From Auanema rhodensis (Eukaryota; Animalia; Nematoda), in the NCBI GenBank assembly GCA_964057225.1, contig OZ059897.1, positions 18,042,001 through 18,106,000 on the forward strand: a stretch of 64,000 nt of DNA. The letters are read 5' to 3'. A program made the translations under genes and the position numbers. This document shows positions 21,499-33,544 of the stretch, one piece after another; the stretch's first letter is position 1, and every line of letters starts with the position of its first letter. Under the pieces are notes generated by a model. The model did no database searches and was not told the origin of the DNA. It saw nothing but the letters and a program-made list of their open reading frames with translations.

Positions 21499-24400
21499 GC
21501 GGCAGTTTGTAAAAATAAGTTTACCGCCAATACGTGTGCCTAATACAGGGTACAGCAAATTTGTGGGTGCAAGCACGTCACATTTTACTAGCCCCTTGTA
21601 TGGGCAACATGTCTCAAAGCTTTTGAAACCCTCAGTAATAACTTTGGGATTACCTACAGGGTAATAGGCATCAAAAGCGGTGACATATGGATATAGTGAA
21701 CAAAAGTCCACATACTCGAGCGAGTATCTATCCGAAGCTTGTGCCAAAAGCTTATATGTCTGGGTGCGGCCACCGGTAAAGGCATCTCTAGGTGCCAAGC
21801 GTGTAACAACATTTGTTTCACGCATAAATTTCGCCATTTCTTCATTGGCCGAAATTTGAGCATTAATTTCGTGCTCCCACACTGTGGTAACACTAATGCC
21901 TTGGCTTTGTATTGCTTCAAGCCTTTTCATGGTTTTATCATAAACCTAAATTTTAAAAATTAAAATGATTAAAAATGTCACAATTACCTCTTCCATTGTT
22001 TCACCATTTCTGCCTGGTGCTATAGCGCTCTTGTTGGTGCACTGGGGGCAACCATGATAGATACAGCCATTAATCTACAAAAATTTGCATTTTTTACATT
22101 TATTACAAATTACTCACCTCATAGCCATGATTGGCAACGGGGTCATAAGCATCGAGTAGATAGCGATGACCATCTACTCTCACTGCAAATTCACCACCAT
22201 TAAGCTTATGCATTAATGGGCGGCCCAGTCCTTGTTCTAGCCATTTTATATACTTTATGGCTATTATACTCTGCTTTTGACCGGCATAATAACCAGTCTC
22301 GGGCAGAATACCCACTTGGTTCTCTTTAATGTGGTTCATTTTCAACTGTAATATAATAGTTTTGAAAATGCTTGTATTTTAAAAAACTTGCCTGGAATAA
22401 AGAGAAACTGGCAAATGTCATACATTGTATGACAGGGTTCCAGCCAGTGGTGGCGGTTGCCAACTTCATGTAAACTTTCATACAGTTGGTTAAAATACGG
22501 ACATCTGTCCTACAATATTCCAAAAGCTCTTCATCAAAATCAAACGCTCTTTGATTACGCTCTTCATACCAAATATTGAATGAAGCTAGGTCTTCTGCTT
22601 TCATTCTAGCAGTACAATAGTACTGTTTTGGTGGTAAAGATGGTAACACTTTGCCATAATTTATTGGATGGTTAAAGAGGTAAGGAAACTGTCCTTTACT
22701 CATATCAGGTACACCAAATGCCTTGGGTAACGCTGATAGGGGTAAAGGCACTAATAAATAACTATCTTTAAAATATAAATGATTAAATTTTTGACCTCTT
22801 AAAGGCTTGACAACCATGCTTATAATCTTGGTCCCATTTAAAATTGGATCAGGATATATACCACGGTTTATCAGCCTAGACACCAAGAAATGTATGTCAA
22901 AGCGTGAACCATTATGCGCAATCAAAATTGCATTATCATTCTCAACAGAGTTGAGTAACCAATCAAGGAAACGATCTGTTACAGACCATTCACTATCACC
23001 TTGTTGGTACCCAAAATGGCCCTCCTTGGTTGTGCATTTTTCACATGAGTTGGCATCTATACAACTTTCACAAAATTTATTATACACAACCATATTGGGC
23101 CATTGTTCATCTGCATATTCATGAACATTTGTACCGTTTTTTAACACAACCGTTTCAAAGTCATAGAATATAATCTTAAACAAGTAAGCATTACACTTGT
23201 AAAGATGTAAAATACAAACCTTGTATTTTTCTTGCCTCTTTTTTAACTGATCCTTCTTCTTGTCGTTAGGTGGTACCCAACAACAAGAATGATCTTCAGG
23301 CTTTGTTTGCCCACACTTTTTGCAAAATTTCTCATTGCAATTGTGCGGTCTATCAGCACGTACTCTGTGATAATGATCACAGTTTTCACATGTCTGAATT
23401 TAGTCTTGTAAAATTTTATATATATTTTTTAAATTACCTTAAACATTCGACATGTTTTTCTAATATGCCTGTCAAAGCATTGACGAGTTTTGAACAAAAC
23501 TCTACAACTATCACATCTTATGCTACTCTCAACCACATTTTCCATCGAATTACATTTTAAGGTGTGGCATTTCTTACACTTGGCTTTACATCTATGCAAC
23601 ACTGTTTTGTAAGATAATTTACAGTGTTGGCATATAATACCATCAAAAATCTGTGATCTACTACAAGTTGTAATACAGTCATAATGATTATTTCGGTAGC
23701 CTAGTGTTACCACTTTGCTAGCCGTTTCATTAAAGATACGCTGAATAGCGTACATACGCTGTCCAGGTGGCCTAGCGTATACTACAAACTTATAGTCTGT
23801 ATTACAACTTGCAATAATATTTAAATGGTTCAAATTATAATTTGGTAAATGTACAGAAATACCACACCTATTCAATAAATTGATATGATGTGGTTGATTT
23901 GGCAACAAGATGTAGTTGCGACGAAGATTTTGAATCCTCCGCTTCTCAACAACATCTTCTGCTGCCTCTTCATCGGCTCTCCACATTCCCACAACTGCTG
24001 CTCTAGCCAGGCAATGTGTATCAGTGTTCTCAATTGTGCCAGGTATCTTGAGTTCGGCATCAAAATAGAAACCAACTCTACCTTCACCAGGCATCAGGCT
24101 TGGCTGCACTGGTCTCTCATCAAACACATACATTTCAATGTTCATTGCCTGGCTAATTACAGCCTCTCGCTTTGATTGCTGTACCTTGCTGATGGCATTC
24201 ATGATGGCAACGCCATCCAAATGCTCCCTTCTACGGAAATCCATAAATATGGATCCCTTTTCAAAGGATGGGTGCTCTATTGATAAACAAAATAGTGCTT
24301 TTTGTTTATCTGGCACACCACTTTCAGCAAGGCACCGATCAAGAAACTCATTAAATAGCCGCGGCATGACAACATGCATTGGCTCATCAATGGCTTCCAA

Positions 24401-25455
24401 ATGTGGGAACGTGAGCGATCTAACGACCACGTTGGTGAACCGACCAGTTCGTTTTATGCGTCGGTGTGACCACTATAATACACACTTTTTATAATGGGTA
24501 TACGCTTTTAGTTTAAATATAAATAATTTTTGTTTATAACTTTTTATAAATTTACTTTTCTTTAAATTATTTTTATTAATGTTTAAAAATAAATGGCATT
24601 TGATTTTTAAATATAAAGTTTTTTTTTTTTTCAACTTTGAAAAAACTTTTATAAACATTTGTTAATGTTAAAAAATAAATGAAAAGGTCAAGATTGTGTT
24701 TTATTATTTTACTAGTTCAAAATGTTTGAAATATTTATAATTTGTAAGAATTCAAAATTGGTTGAAAGAAAGATAGATGAGGAAAGATAGATAGATAGTG
24801 AGATGAAATGTAAAGATTTTAAAATGAATGCTGTTCAAAAGAATGAATATGTAAATTTCAAAATACTTGCAATTTGTTTGAAAAAAGATATAGATTGAGA
24901 TGAAATGTAAAGATGAGAGAGAGAGCAATTGAAAAAGAGAAATAAATTTCAAAATGTTTTCAAAATATGCAATTGGAGCAAGAGAAAATTTCATGTTTCA
25001 AAAGATATATTATGAAATGATATGTAAATAAAAGATCGCACCTCTATTTTACAGACATCGTTGAATGCCGCTCCATATCCGACTTGTCCTCCATTGGTTG
25101 ATGGGGTAGCAGGATCCCATTCGCTTAAAAAGAAAAAAAACTAAATGTTATAATTTTAATATCGCTTACTCATCACTGTCATCCAAGGTTATTACTTCAA
25201 TAACCCTTGATGATGAGGGCCCACTGTTAAAAGTGGGTGATGTGGGCTCACAGAGCTCGATCCCACCAGCCTCGGTAAACTTTATACGTTTACTAAAAAA
25301 CAAAATATATATAAAGATTCAAAATATTGTTAAATTACCTGAGCTGATTGATTTCTTCATAATCAAATCCTAGCTCTTCACATAAACGTTTATAACTAAA
25401 AAAAGAAAAAGTTTACAAACAAATAATCAAAAAGACACAACCTATTAGCAGCCAT
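21472..25455 (-). pseudogene. polB: Protein-primed family B DNA polymerase (pPolB), 10 predicted exons, C-terminally truncated
   Basis: ExoI YDFET, ExoII AHNGSRFD, ExoIII YCRTDV, EINGCIYHGC insert, FTGGRT, motif A DFCSLYP; Cys-rich N-terminal region; frame runs into the TIR at 21498 before motifs B and C; joins track ORFs 23429-24430, 22326-23183, 22103-22345 and 21472-21930. Confidence 0.93.
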
Positions 25456-25593
25456 TGTACCTTGATATAATGAATACATCAGTCTACACATTGCTGTTGG
25501 CATTGTAATTTGTTATGTAACATGGATTTGGGTACAGCTGTCAAAACTAGCAGTTGCGATAAACTTTAAAATAAATAAGCTTATTGAATACAT

Positions 25594-26505
25594 CTGTTTT
25601 TATTGTCCCCGTCGGATTAATTTTTGTTATTAGTTCTTATTAAATTAACTTTATGCGTTTCATTGAGGTCAGCGCAACTGTTTGTTAATCTTATTGTATT
25701 TACCTTCAATGTGTGCTCTATTTAGTTATTGTATTGTTATATTAGTAAAATAAAGTTTAAAACTAATCTTTTATTATAATTTGAAACCTTTACTTGTTAG
25801 AATAAATATAATTAATAACAATTTGTAATTTCAAAAATTAATAATTTAATGTCGTTCTTATCGAATTAACTTTCGATATGTGTTCCATTAAATTTTGGTA
25901 TTTCATATCGTTCTTATCGAATTAACCTTCGATATGTGTTCCATTGAATTTTATATTTCATATCGTTCTTATCGAATTAACCTTCGATATGTGTTCCATT
26001 GAACTACCCGTAACAAGTACGGTGAACAAAACGATATACATGAAAAAATTTTACTGTTCTTTAAAATAAAAACAATACAAACACAATACAATAAAAAATA
26101 AACAAAATAAGTAAACAAACATTATTAATAAATTTAATAAATAAATAAAATTTAAAAAACAAATTTACATATTTAAATATCTAAATATTTAAAATTTATA
26201 ATTTTTATTTTCACTTAATATATTTAAAAATAATTAAAAACTATATACATACATTTGAATAAACAAATTTAAAATTAGATTTAAAAAAAAAAAAAATCAT
26301 GCTTTAAATCATGATTTTTAAAGTGAAAAAAGGAAAATCCATGAACCATGATCCCAAAATATGATTTTAACAGCTGACGCTCAAAAATATGTTTTTGACA
26401 GCTGACGCGCCCCAAAAGTATGTTTTTAGCAGCTGACGCCCCCAAAAGTATGTTTTTGACAGCTGTTTGGGGGCGTGGTTAGTAAATTTTGCACGGCTCT
26501 CTACT
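25594..26505 (-). repeat. Right TIR of Maverick B (912 bp)
   Basis: Inverted copy of 20587-21498. Confidence 0.95.
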
Positions 26506-29500
26506 TCAGTTGATATCTCGGTGCATTTTTAAGCTAGCGCAAATCTGATAACACAGATCGACGCAGCTTAAAAATCCGCATCGAATGCACTATACTACAT
26601 TGAGAAACGCTTAATACAAAAATTAGTTATAATCGTTTGAAAAATGATGCATTAGTGTATGTTGAGTTTCCATGTACACTCAACATTGCTTCCAAAAACA
26701 TTTTGACAAAAATTTTTTCGAAAAATTTCAAAATAATTTAGCAAAAAGTAGATGTTTTTAGATTCCATTTTTCAAGGCAAAGACGATGGACAATGTTATT
26801 CAACGAAAAAATTAATTCTTCAGGGTGAAAATCGAAGATATAAGTGTGAACTTATATCAGTTGATATCTCGGTGCATTTTTAAGCTAGCGCAAATCTGAT
26901 AACACAGATCGACGCAGCTTAAAAATCCGCATCAAATGCACTATACTACATTAAGAAACGCTTAATACAAAAATTAGTTATGATCGTTTGAAAAATGATG
27001 CATTAGTGTATGTTGAGTTTCCATGTACACTCAACATTGCTTCCAAAAACATTTTGACAAAAATTTTTTCGAAAAATTTCAAAATAATTTAGCAAAAAGT
27101 AGATGTTTTTAGATTCCATTTTTCAAGGCAAAGACGATGGACAATGTTATTCAACGAAAAAATTAATTCTTCAGGGTGAAAATCGAGGATAAAAGTGTGA
27201 ACTTATATCAGTTGATATCTCGGTGCATTTTTAAGCTAGCGCAAATCTGATAACACAGATCGACGCAGCTTAAAAATCCGCATCGAATGCACTATAATAC
27301 ATTGAGAAACGCTTAATACAAAAATTAGTTATGATCGTTTGAAAAATGATGCATTAGTGTATGTTGAGTTTCCATGTACACTCAACATTGCTTCCAAAAA
27401 CATTTTGACAAAAATTTTTTCGAAAAATTTCAAAATAATTTAGCAAAAAGTAGATGTTTTTGGATTCCTTTTTTCAAGGCAAAGACGATGGACAATGTTA
27501 TTCAACGAAAAAATTATTTCTTCAGGGTGAAAATCGAGGATATAAGTGTGAACTTATATCAGTTGATATCTCGGTGCATTTTTAAGCTAGCGCAAATCTG
27601 ATAACACAGATCGACGCAGCTTAAAAATCCGCATCGAATGCACTATACTACATTAAGAAACGCTTGATACAAAAATTAGTTAAGATCGTTTGAAAAATGA
27701 TGCATTAGTGTATGTTGAGTTTCCATGTACACTCAACATTGCTTCCAAAAACATTTTGACAAAAATTTTTTCGAAAAATTTCAAAATAATTTAGCAAAAA
27801 GTAGATGTTTTTAGATTCCATTTTTCAAGGCAAAGACGATGGACAATGTTATTCAACGAAAAAATTAATTCTTCAGGGTGAAAATCGAGGATATAAGTGT
27901 GAACTTATATCAGTTGATATCTCGGTGCATTTTTAAGCTAGCGCAAATCTGATAACACAGATCGACGCAGCTTAAAAATCCGCATCGAATGCTTTATACT
28001 ACATTGAGAAACGCTTAATACAAAAATTAGTTATGATCGTTTGAAAAATGATGCATTAGTGTATGTTGAGTTTCCATGTACACTCAACATTGCTTCCAAA
28101 AACATTTTGACAAAAATTTTTTCGAAAAATTTCAAAATAATTTAGCAAAAAGTAGATGTTTTTAGATTCCATTTTTCAAGGCAAAGACGATGGACAATGT
28201 TATTCAACGAAAAAATTAATTCTTCAGGGTGAAAATCGAGGATATAAGTGTGAACCTATATCAGTTGATATCTCGGTGCATTTTTAAGCTAGCGCAAATC
28301 TGATAACACAGATCGACGCAGCTTAAAAATCCGCATCGAATGCACTATACTACATTGAGAAACGCTTAATACAAAAATTAGTTATAATCGTTTGAAAAAT
28401 GATGCATTAGTGTATGTTGAGTTTCCATGTACACTTAACATTGCTTCCAAAAACATTTTGACAAAAATTTTTTCGAAAAATTTCAAAATAGTTTACCAAA
28501 AAGTAGATGTTTTTAGATTCCATTTTTCAAGGCAAAGACGATGGACAATGTTATTCAACGAAAAAATTAATTCTTCAGGGTGAAAATCGAGGATATAAGT
28601 GTGAACTTATATCAGTTGATATCTCGGTGCATTTTTAAGCTAGCGCAAATCTGATAACACAGATCGACGCAGCTTAAAAATCCGCATCGAATGCACTATA
28701 CTACATCGAGAAACGCTCAATACAAAAATTAGTTATAATCGTTTGAAAAATGATGCATTAGTGTATGTTGAGTTTCCATGTACACTCAACATTGCTTCCA
28801 AAAACATTTTGACAAAAATTTTTTCGAAAAATTTCAAAATAATTTAGCAAAAAGTAGATGTTTTTAGATTCCATTTTTCAAGGCAAAGACGATGGACAAT
28901 GTTATTCAACGAAAAAATTAATTCTTCAGGGTGAAAATCGAAGATATAAGTGTGAACTTATATCAGTTGATATCTCGGTGCATTTTTAAGCTAGCGCAAA
29001 TCTGATAACACAGATCGACGCAGCTTAAAAATCCGCATCGAATGCACTATACTACATTGAGAAACGCTTAATACAAAAATTAGTTATGATCGTTTGAAAA
29101 ATGATGCATTAGTGTATGTTGAGTTTCCATGTACACTCAACATTGCTTCCAAAAACATTTTGACAAAAATTTTTTCGAAAAATTTCAAAATAATTTAGCA
29201 AAAAGTAGATGTTTTTAGATTCCATTTTCCAAGGCAAAGACGATGGACAATGTTATTCAACGAAAAAATTAATTCTTCAGGGTGAAAATCGAGGATATAA
29301 GTGTGAACTTATATCAGTTGATATCTCGGTGCATTTTTAAGCTAGCGCAAATCTGATAACACAGATCGACGCAGCTTAAAAATCCGCATCGAATGCACTA
29401 TACTACATTGAGAAACGCTTAATACAAAAATTAGTTATAATCGTTTGAAAAATGATGCATTAGTGTATGTTGAGTTTCCATGTACACTTAACATTGCTTC

Positions 29501-30548
29501 CAAAAACATTTTGACAAAACTTTTTTCGAAAAATTTCAAAATAATTTAGCAAAAAGTAGATGTTTTTAGATTCCATTTTTCAAGGCAAAGACGATGGACA
29601 ATGTTATTCAACGAAAAAATTAATTCTTCAGGGTGAAAATCGAGGATATAAGTGTGAACTTATATCAGTTGATATCTCGGTGCATTTTTAAGCTAGCGCA
29701 AATCTGATAACACAGATCGACGCAGCTTAAAAATCCGCATCGAATGCACTATACTACATTGAGAAACGCTTAATACAAAAATTAGTTATAATCGTTTGAA
29801 AAATGATGCATTAGTGTATGTTGAGTTTCCATGTACACTTAACATTGCTTCCAAAAACATTTTGACAAAAATTTTTTCGAAAAATTTCAAAATAGTTTAG
29901 CAAAAAGTAGATGTTTTTAGATTCCATTTTTCAAGGCAAAGACGATGGACAATGTTATTCAACGAAAAAATTAATTCTTCAGGGTGAAAATCGAGGATAT
30001 AAGTGTGAACTTATATCAGTTGATATCTCGGTGCATTTTTAAGCTAGCGCAAATCTGATAACACAGATCGACGCAGCTTAAAAATCCGCATCGAATGCAC
30101 TATACTACATTGAGAAACGCTTAATACAAAAATTAGTTATAATCGTTTGAAAAATGATGCATTAGTGTATGTTGAGTTTCCATGTACACTCAACATTGCT
30201 TCCAAAAACATTTTGACAAAAATTTTTTCGAAAAATTTCAAAATAATTTAGCAAAAAGTAGATGTTTTTAGATTCCATTTTTCAAGGCAAAGACGATGGA
30301 CAATGTTATTCAACGAAAAAATTAATTCTTCAGGGTGAAAATCGAGGATATAAGTGTGAACTTATATCAGTTGATATCTCGGTGCATTTTTAAGCTAGCG
30401 CAAATCTGATAACACAGATCGACGCAGCTTAAAAATCCGCATCGAATGCACTATACTACATTGAGAAACGCTTAATACAAAAATTAGTTATAATCGTTTG
30501 AAAAATGATGCATTAGTGTATGTTGAGTTTCCATGTACACTTAACATT
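26506..30548. repeat. 351-bp satellite, block 3 (about 11.5 monomers)
   Basis: Same monomer, in register. Confidence 0.99.
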
Positions 30549-30690
30549 ATATTTATTCGAAATGCTTTATTTCGTAATTGGTCCTCACATAAAACAAACA
30601 AAAAAATTCAAATTATCTCTCAGGTTCCCTTTCCCACGTTTCTTTGGGCGGGAAACAGTGAGAGTAAGCGATCGTCCTTATTCATTTCAG
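30546..30690 (+). repeat. DIRS left inverted terminal repeat (145 bp)
   Basis: Reverse complement of 34789-34933. Confidence 0.95.
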
Positions 30691-30721
30691 TTTTTTCGTT
30701 GAGCCTCACATACGATCGTCC

Positions 30722-33544
30722 ATGGCTCCAAGCCACACTCGTCAGGGACAAGCCCCGACTGAAACTTCTCCGAGAAGAGTACGAGCCTTCAGCTCTTCTT
30801 CTTCGAGATCGTCACGCTCAACATCTCCAACGTCTATCTCCACCGACCGTCAACACGTCGAGAGGAGAAGGGTAGAAGCTCCTTCCCCACCACCTCCGAA
30901 CTCGGACCAGCCCGAGAAAGAGGACCTCTATTCAGAGGACGACGAAGACGAAACGGTCCCCATGCCACCGGAGGCACACGGACCCAGATCTAGGCCACTC
31001 GTTCGCCTATCTTCCTCCGAGACTGCTGATTTCGAGAGACTCGCCTCGGGACTGCTCATGTCCTCGACCGAGAGAGCTGAGCTCATCTCGGAACTCCCAA
31101 ATATCGACTCACCGTTCGCTCGACTACCGGTCTTGGACGACCGCTACACTACTCACGTGGACAATAACATCAAGCCCACTATCCGTCTGTCCGAAGCTGA
31201 GATACGCACGGCATACGAGAATGATCTAATCGTTCTTTCTAACATCAAGATAATTCGCAAGCTGGGCAGGATAGATAGGGACTCTCGTCTGTCAACAAAA
31301 CAGGAGGCATACTTTGCCATAGTGGAGCGCTTCCTCAGCGCTAACATCAAAACCCACTGCACCAACTTGCGAGAGTGTGCTCTAACCAAGATGAAGATCT
31401 CTCAACCCTACCGAGCCATGCCTAGCTTCAAGAAGTCTCCCATCTATGGAACCGTGATCCCGGTAGACAACGCTCCAGAGGATTCGGCACCCGAACTGTT
31501 TGGCAAGAAGCTCAGAGCAGAACTATCGTCGTACTCCGAACTGTCCAGAAGCTCCAGAACAACTCCTCGCAGGAATGATGCCCAACGGCCACGCTCAGCC
31601 CCCAAGAGACAAGCTACCTTCTCAACGTTCGCTACTAACCAGAGAAAGAGGTTAGTCACTTTTCCTTTCGCATGCCGGGTATCCTCCACCACAACCTTTT
31701 GGGCGTCCATCTCCAGGGACAAGGAGATCCTTAACGCGGTTCAGGGCTATAGTCTCCCCTTTGCCCGCACACCTCCACCTTTATCGCTGCCACCCATCTG
31801 CTCTACCTTGCCGGAGCAACCCAGGTCGGATATCCAGGAACTGCTGTACACTGGCGCCATTCGAGAGGCCGCCCCGAGGGAGAAGGTTTTCATATCCCCG
31901 ACCTTCCACGTTCCCAAGGCGGACGGCACGGCCCGTTTCATCCTCAATTTAAAGCGCCTGAACACTTTTCTCCGAGTACCCAAGCTCAAGCTAGAATCCC
32001 TTCGGGACATCCCGTCGCTCCTACGACAGGATAATTTCATGATCAAAATCGATTTCCATTCAGCCTACCACGCGATTAGTATCGATCCGAAGGATCAACC
32101 CTTCCTAGCTTTCACAGCAGAGGGGCGCACTTTCCTATTTAGAGCACTCCCTTTTGGGCTGAGCTCAGCCCCCTACATATTCCATAAGCTAATGCGTGTT
32201 CTGGTATCCCATTTTCGGGGTAAAGGGATCAATCTCATCAACTACTTAGATGACTGGCTGTTCATCTCGGAGGATCCTGATTGTCTCAGGTCCCAACTAA
32301 CAGAGATTCTAATTACTTTTGATCGCGCGGGTTTTACGATAAACTGGGATAAATCAATTATGATACCCACACAAGAAATAGAATTTCTTGGTATTCAGCT
32401 GAATTCAAGATCGATGAGCTGGTCTCTCCCAAAGGCCAAGAAAAAGGGTTTGCTCGAGTCTCTCACTCGTTTAACAGCTCAATCAGAGCTGAGTATAAGA
32501 GCATTAGCCTCGCTAATGGGAAAATTGAACTTTGCGTCTCTGGTAGCACCTAACCTCTCCTTCAGAAACCGTGAACTGCACTTCCACCTACGGCTTAAAG
32601 GAATTACGAACGTAAATGATCCCAATGCCTTCCCTCAGATTCTAAGAATAGATCGATCGTTAAGAAAGATCCTGGAGGATCTTCGAACCAAGGACGTTCC
32701 CCGTCTATCAGAAGTATCCTCGCTCACGCCCTTTTCTCCCCGATACTCCATTACCTCAGATGCCTCCCTGGAGGGTTTTGGCGCTTCGTGGGAAGGTAAT
32801 ACCTTGTCAGGATCTTGGTCCGAGGCAGAACGCATTAACTACCATATAAACTGGCTGGAGCTGATTGCAGCAACGAAGGGTCTAACAGAGTTCGGCAAGA
32901 CCTGGCGCAATCTCGACGTTCTCTTACTCTTAGATAATACTTCTGCCATTGCCTACATCAACCGTAGGGGCGGGAGTCAATCCCAGAAGGGCACTAGATT
33001 AGCACTGGAGTTATGGCAATTTGCCGATACCCGTAAGCTCAGAATCAGAGCATCGCATATAGCGGGAAAAATCAATACGGCTGCCGACTGCCTGTCCCGC
33101 GGCAGAATTTTGAAGGAAGACTGGTCGCTCCATCCGGAGATCACTAGATCAATATTTTCCAAATGGGGTGAACCCAAAATAGACCTGTTCGCGTCCACTT
33201 GGAACGCCAAATGCGCCCTTTTCTACTCCTTCTTTCCAGATTGCGCCGCATTAGGAGTGAACGCACTCTTGTTCAATTGGCAGCAGCTGCCAGACGGATT
33301 ACTTTACGTATTTCCACCTTTCCACCTCCTACACAAGACCTTAGGAAAGCTCGCCAGCTCCCAGAGGTCGGCTATAGTGATAGCACCATTCTGGAAGAGC
33401 CAAATGTGGTTTCCCCTACTCCAAGAGAGATCCAAGGAGCCTCCCTTGCTGCTCCAACACCCGAACCTGCTGTCCGACCGGGAAGGAAACCCACATCCTC
33501 TCCTGCAGTCGCCGAATTTCCAATTAGCAGCGTGGAAGATTTAA
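30722..33544 (+). CDS. DIRS Gag-like/reverse transcriptase/RNase H/adenine methyltransferase-like polyprotein
   Basis: RT ARFILNLK, IDFHSAY, LPFGLSSAP, YLDD; RNase H SDAS, HINWLEL, DNTSA, ADCLSR; MT IDLFAS, YVFPPF. Confidence 0.96.
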   Translation: MAPSHTRQGQAPTETSPRRVRAFSSSSSRSSRSTSPTSISTDRQHVERRRVEAPSPPPPNSDQPEKEDLYSEDDEDETVPMPPEAHGPRSRPLVRLSSSETADFERLASGLLMSSTERAELISELPNIDSPFARLPVLDDRYTTHVDNNIKPTIRLSEAEIRTAYENDLIVLSNIKIIRKLGRIDRDSRLSTKQEAYFAIVERFLSANIKTHCTNLRECALTKMKISQPYRAMPSFKKSPIYGTVIPVDNAPEDSAPELFGKKLRAELSSYSELSRSSRTTPRRNDAQRPRSAPKRQATFSTFATNQRKRLVTFPFACRVSSTTTFWASISRDKEILNAVQGYSLPFARTPPPLSLPPICSTLPEQPRSDIQELLYTGAIREAAPREKVFISPTFHVPKADGTARFILNLKRLNTFLRVPKLKLESLRDIPSLLRQDNFMIKIDFHSAYHAISIDPKDQPFLAFTAEGRTFLFRALPFGLSSAPYIFHKLMRVLVSHFRGKGINLINYLDDWLFISEDPDCLRSQLTEILITFDRAGFTINWDKSIMIPTQEIEFLGIQLNSRSMSWSLPKAKKKGLLESLTRLTAQSELSIRALASLMGKLNFASLVAPNLSFRNRELHFHLRLKGITNVNDPNAFPQILRIDRSLRKILEDLRTKDVPRLSEVSSLTPFSPRYSITSDASLEGFGASWEGNTLSGSWSEAERINYHINWLELIAATKGLTEFGKTWRNLDVLLLLDNTSAIAYINRRGGSQSQKGTRLALELWQFADTRKLRIRASHIAGKINTAADCLSRGRILKEDWSLHPEITRSIFSKWGEPKIDLFASTWNAKCALFYSFFPDCAALGVNALLFNWQQLPDGLLYVFPPFHLLHKTLGKLASSQRSAIVIAPFWKSQMWFPLLQERSKEPPLLLQHPNLLSDREGNPHPLLQSPNFQLAAWKI

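Larger units (their letters stand above)
20587..26505. mobile_element. Maverick/Polinton element B (5.9 kb, non-autonomous deletion derivative)
   Basis: AGTAGAGAGCCGTGC...GCACGGCTCTCTACT termini, TSD TCAGTT (20581-20586, 26506-26511), 912-bp TIRs, pPolB exons inside. Confidence 0.97.

Noticed and set aside
24473-24994. 61-aa and 80-aa minus-strand ORFs
   Set aside because: Lie within the AT-rich predicted intron 24473-25041 of pPolB
6120-26505. A single large Maverick interrupted by satellite, or a self-sufficient two-segment virus
   Set aside because: Each element has its own TIR pair and distinct TSD, so these are two insertions; polymerase motifs B and C are missing from both, so the pair cannot replicate by itself
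30498-30875. ORFs spanning the satellite-DIRS junction and the ITR ORF at 34729-34917
   Set aside because: Chance read-through of satellite into ITR sequence
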